Below are positions 45,408-53,654 of a DNA stretch of 57,374 nt, in pieces. Below the pieces are notes generated by a model. It worked only from the letters and a program-made list of their open reading frames with translations, was not told the origin of the DNA and searched no databases. The position numbers and the translations under genes are program-made. How positions within the stretch are numbered: the first letter of the stretch is position 1; every line of letters begins with the position of its first letter. The stretch comes from a virus (Duplodnaviria > Caudoviricetes), in IMG/VR virus record IMGVR_UViG_3300005805_000103, positions 1 through 57,374 of that record; one strand, written 5' to 3'.

Positions 45408-45683
45408 ATGACCATCAAAAAAGGCAACGAAACTTTTAGTGGCTACAACAAGCCCAAACGCACTCCTGATCATCCGAAGAAGAGTCATGCTGTTTTGGCT
45501 AAAGAGGGCGACAAAGTTAAGCTTATTCGTTTTGGTCAGCAAGGCGTTAGTGGTTCTCCAAAGAAAGAAGGCGAAAGCGCTAGCTATCGCAAGCGGCGTG
45601 AAAGCTTCAAAGCTCGACACGCCAGTAACATAGCCAAAGGCAAAATGTCTGCTGCGTATTGGGCTGACAAGGAGAAGTGGTAA
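45408..45683 (+). CDS. Small basic protein, DUF6321-like
   Basis: GYNKPKRTPDHPKKSHAVLAKEG..IRFGQQG...SFKARH...SAAYWA. Confidence 0.75.
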   Translation: MTIKKGNETFSGYNKPKRTPDHPKKSHAVLAKEGDKVKLIRFGQQGVSGSPKKEGESASYRKRRESFKARHASNIAKGKMSAAYWADKEKW

Positions 45684-45955
45684 TGCCGTTTCAAAAAGAT
45701 GGTAAACGACAATATGGTCGTGAGCTACAATGGGAAAAAGACAGCAAGCCACAGCGTGTTAAACAGCGTGCTCAACGCAATGCTGCCAGAGCTACGTTGA
45801 TGAATGAAGACAAGGTGAAAAAGGGCGATGGAAAAGATGTTGATCACAAGTCGCCGATTTCTCATGGCGGTGGCAACGAGCGTTCTAATCTACGAGTACG
45901 TGCTGCTAGTAAAAATAGATCAGTGGCTCGCAATAGGGACGGAAGCCTGAAATGA
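45683..45955 (+). CDS. Small HNH-like protein
   Basis: RAQRNAAR...GDGKDVDHK.P...GG.N..SNLRV....KNRS. Confidence 0.7.
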   Translation: MPFQKDGKRQYGRELQWEKDSKPQRVKQRAQRNAARATLMNEDKVKKGDGKDVDHKSPISHGGGNERSNLRVRAASKNRSVARNRDGSLK

Positions 45956-46131
45956 AGACAAAGTCGAAAGTGAATCAGGCAGGTAACTACACTAAGCCAA
46001 CGATGCGTAAAGCTTTGTTTGAGAAGATTAAAGCTGGCAGCAAAGGTGGTGATGCTGGTGAATGGTCGGCTCGTAAAGCGCAGATGTTGGCAAAAGAATA
46101 TAAGGCTAAGGGCGGTGGCTATCGTGACTAA
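45952..46131 (+). CDS. Small basic protein (DUF5872-like, N-terminal half)
   Basis: NYTKPTMRKALFEKIKAGSKGGDAGEWSARKAQMLAKEYKAKGGGY. Confidence 0.75.
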   Translation: MKTKSKVNQAGNYTKPTMRKALFEKIKAGSKGGDAGEWSARKAQMLAKEYKAKGGGYRD

Positions 46132-46363
46132 GAAGCCACAGCAGTCGCTCAAGGAGTGGACGAAACAGGAATGGACGACGTCTAGCGGTAAGCCCTCTGA
46201 AGGCAAACGTCGTTATCTGCCGAAGGCTGCATGGGGTGCGCTGTCTGAGTCTGAGAAGAAGGCTACCAATGCAGCTAAGGCTGCGGGTAATAAAGCGGGC
46301 AAGCAATTTGTTGCCCAACCGAAGGCTGTCGCAGAAAAGACAGCGAAATATCGAAAGAAATAA
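46124..46363 (+). CDS. Small basic protein (DUF5872-like, C-terminal half)
   Basis: GTG start; QQSLKEWTKQEW...RYLPKAAW..LS..EK.ATN..K....GKQFV. Confidence 0.75.
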   Translation: MTKKPQQSLKEWTKQEWTTSSGKPSEGKRRYLPKAAWGALSESEKKATNAAKAAGNKAGKQFVAQPKAVAEKTAKYRKK

Positions 46364-46365
46364 AG

Positions 46366-47157
46366 ATGGCTCTTTCTAAACTCATTGGTCGTGGCGTTGG
46401 TGCTGCCACTCGTCGTGGTGCTCCTACAAAGGGTAAAAATCGTTTGATGGCTGATCTTGGTGACGACGTCGTTAGCGAAACCAAGAGCGACATTGCTCAG
46501 ATGCGCAAGGCGTTGTCTGCACGTGCTGCTGAAGCTGAAGACGACAAGCCCGGTGCTGCTCTGCGTCGTATGAGCGTGCAAGAAGCCGGTGGTCGTGCTG
46601 CGTTGCGCACCGGTAGTCGTGCAGGTGCTGTTGGCGCTGCCGGTGCTGCCGGTGTGGCTTTGGGCACGGCTGCTAGCGAGCGTGCTAACGAAACCCGTCG
46701 TCGCATGATGGAAGACGAAGAAGACACCACGCCCAAGCGTGTTGCTGTTGCTTCTCGGACGATGGATGATGAAGAAGAGCCTAAGCGCGAAGCTCCGAAG
46801 AAGGAGATGTCGTTCAAGGAAGCCTTTGCTGCTGCTCGTAAGGACGACAAGGCTACGTTCACGTGGCAAGGCAAGCGCTACACGACGGAGATGGCTAAGG
46901 AAGGTCCGAAGCCGTCTGTGCGTGAAGGCAAGAACGAGAACATTGACGAAGACACCCGCAAGCGTGCTGAGATGAATAAGGGCGGTGCTGTCAAAAAATA
47001 CAACAAGGGTGGCAGCATTCCTGTTGTGTATGCAGGTGCTAAGAAGCCGGTAAAGAGCATGCCCAATCCTGCTCTGGCTGCAAAGCGTCTGAATAAGCCT
47101 AAGCCTGTTACAGCTAAGATGGCTAAGGGTGGTGCTGTGAAAGGAAAAAAGAAATGA
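46366..47157 (+). CDS. Low-complexity late protein with SFxEAFxxAR...FTWxGKxYTT domain and GG motifs
   Basis: 263 aa; MNKGG, YNKGG, MAKGG. Confidence 0.7.
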   Translation: MALSKLIGRGVGAATRRGAPTKGKNRLMADLGDDVVSETKSDIAQMRKALSARAAEAEDDKPGAALRRMSVQEAGGRAALRTGSRAGAVGAAGAAGVALGTAASERANETRRRMMEDEEDTTPKRVAVASRTMDDEEEPKREAPKKEMSFKEAFAAARKDDKATFTWQGKRYTTEMAKEGPKPSVREGKNENIDEDTRKRAEMNKGGAVKKYNKGGSIPVVYAGAKKPVKSMPNPALAAKRLNKPKPVTAKMAKGGAVKGKKK

Positions 47158-47387
47158 AAGTTTGTGCTGGATGTCCCAACCCCGCTGCCTGTGCCAAAGC
47201 AGGTAAGTGCATGATGGCAGGTAAGAAGATGAATTATGGTGGTGCCGTTAATAAGCCCATGATGGCTAAGGGCGGTGCTGTGAAAGGCAAGAAGCCTGCG
47301 GCTGTTGCTATTATGATTGCCATGCCTGCTAAGGGTAAGGGCAAGACGAAGATGGCGATGGGTGGCTGCGCTACTAAGAAGAAATGA
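47154..47387 (+). CDS. Small basic protein with Cys cluster and three GG motifs
   Basis: CAGCPNPAACAKAGKC; MNYGG, MAKGG, MAMGG. Confidence 0.65.
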   Translation: MKVCAGCPNPAACAKAGKCMMAGKKMNYGGAVNKPMMAKGGAVKGKKPAAVAIMIAMPAKGKGKTKMAMGGCATKKK

Positions 47388-47542
47388 CGCCTAAGCAACA
47401 AGCCAAAGTTGGTAAGGTGATGAAGGAGTACAAAGCCGGTACGCTGCATCAGGGTGCCGGTAAGAAAGCTCCTGTGGTCAAGAGCCAAAAGCAGGCAGTG
47501 GCTATTGCGCTGTCTGAAGCTCGTCGCATGAAGAAAAAATAA
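47384..47542 (+). CDS. Small basic protein, DUF6496-like
   Basis: KVGKVMKEYKAGTLH.G.....VKSQKQAVAIALSEAR. Confidence 0.75.
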   Translation: MTPKQQAKVGKVMKEYKAGTLHQGAGKKAPVVKSQKQAVAIALSEARRMKKK

Positions 47543-48781
47543 GTGTCAATAACGCACTACCCTGCTCTTGTTCGTATTGCTCCCGACGGTAACACAGTTA
47601 CTATCGGGGGCACTTCTGCTGACGCATTTGGTCGAGCAAGAACTTCAGCACCGTTTACGCTGTTCGACAGTCAAAATCGCTACGCAAAGAATGATTTGTT
47701 TAGCGAGTCGACAGCAACGGGCGGTGCTGTTTCCTATTTAGCAAACGAAAGCACGGTGGAGATGACGACGACAACTTCGTCAGGCTCTGAGGTGATTCGT
47801 GAAAGCAAGCGTGTATTTTCGTATCAGCCCGGTAAGTCGCTGCTGGTATTGAATACGTTTGTCATGAGCGCACCGCAAACAAACCTGCGTTGTCGCATTG
47901 GTTATTTTTCTACACAGAACGGTGTCTTTTTTGAACGAAACAACTCTACGCTTAACATTGTCCGTCGCTCTTATGTTACGGGCAGTGTCGTTGATACGGC
48001 TATTGCTCAAAGCAATTGGAATGGTGATAAGCTCGACGGTACAGGCTCAAGCGGATATACGCTCGACACGACAAAAGCACAAATCTTTTGGATGGACTTC
48101 GAATGGCTAGGCGTCGGTAGCGTTCGCTGCGGCTTTGTCATAAACGGTCAATTCATCGTTGCTCATACGTTCAATCATGCTAATACGTTGTCAACCGTCT
48201 ACATGACGACAGCTATTCTTCCTATTCGCTATGAGATTACGAACACGGCAGCTACGGCATCTGCTGCTAGCCTGAAGCAAATTTGCTCCACCGTCATTTC
48301 TGAAGGCGGCTACGAGCGTCGAGTGGCTTTGTACACAGCATCGATGACTGCTGCTAACGGCTCTATTAGTACAAACTGGATTCCGCTTGTTTCCATTCGC
48401 CTTGATCCGTCAAGACTTGACAGCGTTGTTGTTCCTGATGGATATACAATTCTTCCAACATCTGCTAGCAGCGTAACATTCGAAGTGGCGTTGTTTAAAA
48501 ATGCAACACTCACTTCTCCGTCATGGACACAAACAGAAAGCGACAATGTTGAGTTTGATATTTCGGCAACAGGTTTGACAGGTGGTAGAGCTGTCTATCG
48601 TAACTTTGTACTTGCTTCAAACATGCTTTCTGGAAATACCACTAATGGTAACGAATATAATTTTGATTTGCAACTAGGCAGGACACTTGCTGGTGTTAGC
48701 GACATCTATACCATTGCTATTAGATCACTATCTGGCACGCATACAGCTATTGGATCAATGTCTTTTTGGGATTTGACATGA
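47543..48781 (+). CDS. Probable virion structural protein (lectin/jelly-roll-like)
   Basis: DAFGR.R.S.PFTLFD, YQPGKS, Q..WNGDKLDG.G.SG, FEWLGVG. Confidence 0.65.
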   Translation: MSITHYPALVRIAPDGNTVTIGGTSADAFGRARTSAPFTLFDSQNRYAKNDLFSESTATGGAVSYLANESTVEMTTTTSSGSEVIRESKRVFSYQPGKSLLVLNTFVMSAPQTNLRCRIGYFSTQNGVFFERNNSTLNIVRRSYVTGSVVDTAIAQSNWNGDKLDGTGSSGYTLDTTKAQIFWMDFEWLGVGSVRCGFVINGQFIVAHTFNHANTLSTVYMTTAILPIRYEITNTAATASAASLKQICSTVISEGGYERRVALYTASMTAANGSISTNWIPLVSIRLDPSRLDSVVVPDGYTILPTSASSVTFEVALFKNATLTSPSWTQTESDNVEFDISATGLTGGRAVYRNFVLASNMLSGNTTNGNEYNFDLQLGRTLAGVSDIYTIAIRSLSGTHTAIGSMSFWDLT

Positions 48782-49119
48782 GCACAAACAAAAAGCGTTC
48801 TGTAGCGTTGGTGTTGACGACGAGTCCGCAGGACGTCTACGTCGTGCCTGCCGCATTTAAGTCAGAGGTCGATAGCATCTTCGTTTCCAATGGCAGCGAT
48901 CTGAATATTCGTGTCACGCTGCAATGGTATAGCGCCATCAACACGACGTCATACGACATCATGGATGCTGTGGAACTAAAGCCGCGCAGCATTCTCCAAA
49001 TCACCAATCCATTGTTCCTCGACAGGAACGACAAGATAACAGGCTTTGCCACTGTCGGCAGCAGCGCTATTACGGTGACGGTGAGGACGCAAGAAAACTT
49101 TGGTAATTACACATCATGA
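48778..49119 (+). CDS. Small beta-rich probable virion protein
   Basis: Start MSTNKK via ATGA overlap; VYVVP, IFVSN motifs. Confidence 0.6.
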   Translation: MSTNKKRSVALVLTTSPQDVYVVPAAFKSEVDSIFVSNGSDLNIRVTLQWYSAINTTSYDIMDAVELKPRSILQITNPLFLDRNDKITGFATVGSSAITVTVRTQENFGNYTS

Positions 49120-49484
49120 AAAAAGAACTTAACGAACAGCAACGCAAATTCATTGAAGCTTTGTTGGGCGAAGCCAATGGCAGTCCCGTTCGCGCCAAAG
49201 AAATGGCAGGCTATAGCAAGAACTATCCGACCAAGGAGTTGATGTCTACGCTGAAGGAGCACATCATCGAGGCTACGCAGCTATACATTGCCATGCATGC
49301 ACCGAAAGCAGCAATGGCTGTTATTGGTGGCATTGACGATCCGACGGAGTTGGGTATTAAAGAAAAACTTGCGGCTGCTAAAGACTTGCTTGATCGTGCA
49401 GGCGTTGTCAAAACCGAAAAGCTTGAGGTACAATCTAGTGGTGGCATTATGATATTGCCCCCAAAAGAAGCTTCAGCGGAGTAA
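49116..49484 (+). CDS. Terminase small subunit
   Basis: LNEQQRKFIEAL...AKEMAGYS HTH, AAKDLLDRAG; upstream of TerL. Confidence 0.75.
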   Translation: MKKELNEQQRKFIEALLGEANGSPVRAKEMAGYSKNYPTKELMSTLKEHIIEATQLYIAMHAPKAAMAVIGGIDDPTELGIKEKLAAAKDLLDRAGVVKTEKLEVQSSGGIMILPPKEASAE

Positions 49485-49940
49485 ATGAGAGAGCATTTGG
49501 GCAGTTGGCTGCTTCCGCAGCCTGTTCGCGCTAAAGAATATGTAAGAGTGCCGAAGCTCAACCCATACGGCAGGGTTCCCTTCGGCTATAAAATTGATCC
49601 AGATGACCCAGATTGGTACGTTCCTATACCTCATGAACTTGATGCGCTCAAGCTGGCAACAAAGTATTGCGCACGATATAGCTTCAGACAGGTTGCCGCA
49701 TGGCTTACAAAGCAAACCGGCAGACCCATATCGCCTGATGGACTTAGAAAGCGCATAAGGGATGACAGACGACGTAAAAATCGCAGAAATTTCTATCTCG
49801 CCCTTGCAGCCAGATACAAAGACGCGCTCGAAAAGGCGAAGTCCTACGAAGAAACGCTCGGCAAGCAAGAGCGCACCATCTTCTTCGACGAAGAACCCTA
49901 CACCAGTCTCTACGAGCGATATCCAATACCCGACCGTTGA
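49485..49940 (+). CDS. DNA-binding protein with recombinase-type (PFGY) domain
   Basis: GRVPFGY...E...L......SFRQVAAWL. Confidence 0.6.
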   Translation: MREHLGSWLLPQPVRAKEYVRVPKLNPYGRVPFGYKIDPDDPDWYVPIPHELDALKLATKYCARYSFRQVAAWLTKQTGRPISPDGLRKRIRDDRRRKNRRNFYLALAARYKDALEKAKSYEETLGKQERTIFFDEEPYTSLYERYPIPDR

Positions 49941-51339
49941 GGTTGAAAATGTAATTTTTAAGCCTAACGTCGGCCCTCAGACAGCGTTTTTGGCTGCTGC
50001 TGAGCGCGAAGTGCTGTACGGAGGTGCTGCTGGAGGTGGTAAAAGCTACGCCATGCTGGCTGATCCGCTTCGTTACATCACCCATCCGCAGTTTTCAGGG
50101 CTACTTTTGCGTCACACCACCGAAGAACTTCGTGAACTGGTGTGGAAGTCGCAGGAGATATACCCCAAAATCATCCCCGGCATCAAGTGGAGCGAGCGAA
50201 AGTTCCAATGGGAGGTGCCGGGTGGTGGCAGATTGTGGATGTCCTACCTTGATCGGGACGAAGACGTACTGCGCTATCAGGGTTTGTCGTTTAGCTGGAT
50301 TGGTTTTGACGAATTGACGCAGTGGGCTACGCCGTTTGCGTGGAACTACATGCGTTCTCGTCTGCGTACAGCCGCCCCAGACCTGCCGGTGTACATGAGA
50401 GCGTCTACAAACCCCGGAAATAAGGGGCATGCGTGGGTGAAGAAGATGTTCATCGACCCCGCCCCACCCGGAGATGCGTTCTGGGCTACCGACATTGAGA
50501 CGGGGGAGACGATGACTTACCCCGAAGGTCATAGTAAGCAGGGAATGCCCCTGTTTAAGCGTCGTTTCATCCCCGCAAGGCTGAGTGATAACCCGTATCT
50601 GACTAAATCGGGTGATTATGAGACAATGCTGCTGTCGTTGCCGGAGCATCAGCGCCGACAACTGCTAGAAGGAGACTGGGATGTCGCTGAAGGTGCCGCT
50701 TTCTCGGAGTTTAAGCGTTCAGTTCACGTTGTTGAGCCTTATTCTATTCCCTCTGACTGGGCTAGGTTTCGTGCTTGTGACTATGGCTATGGGAGTTTTA
50801 CTGCTGTGCTGTGGTTTGCTGTGGCACCTGACGAGTCTCTTGTCGTTTATCGCGAACTTTATGTTACAAAGGTGCTTGCCGAAGATTTGGCAGACATAAT
50901 TTTGAATATTGAGTCGGGTGAGCGTATTCGATATGGCGTTTTGGACAGCAGTTGCTGGCATAAGCGTGGCGACACCGGCCCATCCATCGCAGAACGGATG
51001 ATTGTTAAAGGCTGCAAGTGGCGACCCTCTGATCGCAGCGCTGGTAGCCGCATTGCCGGTAAGAACGAGATACATCGTCGCCTGCAAATTGACCCCTATA
51101 CTAATCATCCCCGCATGACCATCTTCGAAAACTGCACACAACTCATTGCAGACTTACCAACTATTCCGTTGGACAAAACCAATCCCGAAGATATTGATAC
51201 TAAGGTGAAAAACGACCACACTTATGACGCCTTGCGATATGGAGTGATGAGTCGTCCGCGCAGTGCAAGCATCTTTGATTTTGATCCAAATAAGCAATCG
51301 CGTGGTATAACCGCTGCCGATCCCGTTTTCGGCTATTAA
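49762..51339 (+). CDS. Terminase large subunit
   Basis: GPQTAFL, YGGAAGGGKS, IGFDELTQ, STNPG, DYGY nuclease motif, DHTYDALRY; start codon uncertain. Confidence 0.95.
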   Translation: MTDDVKIAEISISPLQPDTKTRSKRRSPTKKRSASKSAPSSSTKNPTPVSTSDIQYPTVEVENVIFKPNVGPQTAFLAAAEREVLYGGAAGGGKSYAMLADPLRYITHPQFSGLLLRHTTEELRELVWKSQEIYPKIIPGIKWSERKFQWEVPGGGRLWMSYLDRDEDVLRYQGLSFSWIGFDELTQWATPFAWNYMRSRLRTAAPDLPVYMRASTNPGNKGHAWVKKMFIDPAPPGDAFWATDIETGETMTYPEGHSKQGMPLFKRRFIPARLSDNPYLTKSGDYETMLLSLPEHQRRQLLEGDWDVAEGAAFSEFKRSVHVVEPYSIPSDWARFRACDYGYGSFTAVLWFAVAPDESLVVYRELYVTKVLAEDLADIILNIESGERIRYGVLDSSCWHKRGDTGPSIAERMIVKGCKWRPSDRSAGSRIAGKNEIHRRLQIDPYTNHPRMTIFENCTQLIADLPTIPLDKTNPEDIDTKVKNDHTYDALRYGVMSRPRSASIFDFDPNKQSRGITAADPVFGY

Positions 51340-51351
51340 TAAGGAAACAAT

Positions 51352-53433
51352 ATGGCTATTCGTGACGATAAAAATTTCATCGATGACAAAGCCGTCGCCC
51401 TACCGGACGATAGCGGCGAAAACACCTTTTCTGGTGGCGGACTCATCGACTTCGTAAAAGAACGATATAGCCGTTCTAAGCAAGCCCGTCGGTACGACGA
51501 AGAGCGGTGGCTGCGTGCCTATCGCAACTATCGTGGCATCTATGGTCCCGACATGAAGTTCACTGAGACTGAGAAGTCTCGCGTCTTCATCAAGGTGACC
51601 AAGACGAAGGTGCTTGCCGCATACGGTCAAATCATTGACGTCTTGTTCTCTGGCAATAAGTTTCCGTTGTCTGTCGATCCGACGCCACAGCCTATCGGTG
51701 TAGCCGAACATGTCCACATCGACGTTGCCGAAGAACAAAAGAAGACGGCTGGACAACCTGCGTCTCCTTCGTTTGAACCCGGCAAAGCATTGCCGCCCGG
51801 TACTCGCATCAGCGACCTGTTGGGGTCGATGAAGAATGCGTTCAAGGGATTGAACGTCAAAGAAGGCGCGGGCAAGCTGCCAACGCAAATCACCTTCTCT
51901 CCTGCTCAGATTTCTGCGCGGAAGATGGATAAGAAGATTCGTGATCAGCTTGACGAAAGCCGTGCTACTACGCATCTGCGCTCCACTGCATTCGAATGTG
52001 CCCTCTTTGGCACAGGCGTAATGAAGGGACCATTTGCAATTGACAAAGAATATCCGCGCTGGGAAGAAGGTAAGTACAAGCCGATTATGAAGACTATGCC
52101 GAAGGCTGAACACGTCAGCGTTTGGAATAGCTATGTCGATCCAGATGCCAATAACATCGAAGAGTCGTCCTACTTCATTGAGCGTCACAAGCTTAGCAAG
52201 ACTAAGCTGCTTGAACTCAAGCGTCGTCCGATGTTCCGTAAGAGCGTCATTGATGCTCTCATTCAAGATGGTCCCAACTACGTCAAAGAATATTGGGAAG
52301 ACGATCTGAGCGACTACGAACCTAACATGGGCGTTGAGCGCTGGGAAGTGTTGGAATATTGGGGTGCCGTTGACATTCAGTTGTTGAAGGATAACGAGAT
52401 TGACATCCCCGCAGAGTTTGAGGACAGCGTTGAATTGCAGGCAAACATCTGGTTCAGCGGTGGCAAGATCATACGACTTGTCCTCAATCCTTTTAAGCCT
52501 GCTCGCATTCCGTACTACGCAGTGCCGTATGAGCTAAATCCGTATTCGATGTTTGGTGTTGGCGTTGCCGAAAACATGGATGACACCCAAACGCTGATGA
52601 ATGGTTTCATGCGATTGGCTGTTGACAATGCAATTTTGTCAGGCAACCTCGTCTTCGAAATCGACGAAACCAATCTCGTACCGGGGCAGGATATGAATGT
52701 CTATCCCGGCAAGGTGTTCCGTCGTCAAGGTGGTGCTCCGGGACAGGCGCTGTTTGGCACGTCGTTCCCCAACGTCGCACAAAGCAATCTGCAACTGTTC
52801 GACAAGGCTCGTGTGCTTGCCGACGAATCTACCGGTATGCCGTCTTTTGCTCACGGGCAGACGGGCGTAAGCGGCGTTGGTCGCACTTCCTCTGGCATTT
52901 CGATGCTGATGAATGCTGCGTCCATCAACATCAAAACTGTCGTCAAGAACATGGACGACTATCTGCTGCGTCCAATGGGTGAAGCGTTCTTTAGCTTCAA
53001 CATGCAATTCGATCCCGATCCCGAAATCGTTGGCGATCTGGAAGTGAATGCTCGCGGCACTGAGTCGTTGATGGCTAACGAAGTTCGCAGTCAGCGTCTA
53101 TTGCAATTCTTGCAAGTGGTGCAGAATCCGATGTTGGCTCCGTTCGCTAAGCTGCCCTACATCGTCAAGGAAATCGCCAAGTCGATGGATTTGGACCCCG
53201 AGCTTGTTTCTAACGACATGGAAGAGGCGGCTAAGCAGGCTATCTTGTTGCAGCGCATGCAGCCGCCTGCTGCTCCGGCTATGCCGGGTGCTGCGCCGGG
53301 TGGCGAGCAGCCTTTGCCGGTATCTGATACAAGTGGCGGTGGCGGTGGTAACATTGGCGTTGGCAGCGCTCCTGTTCCGGGTGAGCAAGGCTTTAGCGCT
53401 GCACCCCCGCAACAACGACCCCCGATGCAATGA
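51352..53433 (+). CDS. Portal protein
   Basis: 693 aa after TerL; YRNYRG, FGTGVMK, FGVGVAE, TSSGISML; P22-like portal layout. Confidence 0.9.
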   Translation: MAIRDDKNFIDDKAVALPDDSGENTFSGGGLIDFVKERYSRSKQARRYDEERWLRAYRNYRGIYGPDMKFTETEKSRVFIKVTKTKVLAAYGQIIDVLFSGNKFPLSVDPTPQPIGVAEHVHIDVAEEQKKTAGQPASPSFEPGKALPPGTRISDLLGSMKNAFKGLNVKEGAGKLPTQITFSPAQISARKMDKKIRDQLDESRATTHLRSTAFECALFGTGVMKGPFAIDKEYPRWEEGKYKPIMKTMPKAEHVSVWNSYVDPDANNIEESSYFIERHKLSKTKLLELKRRPMFRKSVIDALIQDGPNYVKEYWEDDLSDYEPNMGVERWEVLEYWGAVDIQLLKDNEIDIPAEFEDSVELQANIWFSGGKIIRLVLNPFKPARIPYYAVPYELNPYSMFGVGVAENMDDTQTLMNGFMRLAVDNAILSGNLVFEIDETNLVPGQDMNVYPGKVFRRQGGAPGQALFGTSFPNVAQSNLQLFDKARVLADESTGMPSFAHGQTGVSGVGRTSSGISMLMNAASINIKTVVKNMDDYLLRPMGEAFFSFNMQFDPDPEIVGDLEVNARGTESLMANEVRSQRLLQFLQVVQNPMLAPFAKLPYIVKEIAKSMDLDPELVSNDMEEAAKQAILLQRMQPPAAPAMPGAAPGGEQPLPVSDTSGGGGGNIGVGSAPVPGEQGFSAAPPQQRPPMQ

Positions 53434-53654
53434 AAGAAAAGCAATATCTCGCCAAACTCGGTACTCTGACGCAATACCATCAATGGGAAGCGTTTATGGA
53501 AATGCTCAATGCGCACATGGATAATCACCAACGAAAGCTTGAGCAGGCGTCAGAGGTGACAGAGCTGTATAGAGCACAAGGTGCCATCATGGCGCTAAAA
53601 GCGCTCACAAAACTGAAGGACGAAATCAATGGGCTTCGGAAAGAAACGCAGTAG
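53430..53654 (+). CDS. Small conserved protein after portal
   Basis: LYRAQGAI motif. Confidence 0.7.
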   Translation: MKEKQYLAKLGTLTQYHQWEAFMEMLNAHMDNHQRKLEQASEVTELYRAQGAIMALKALTKLKDEINGLRKETQ

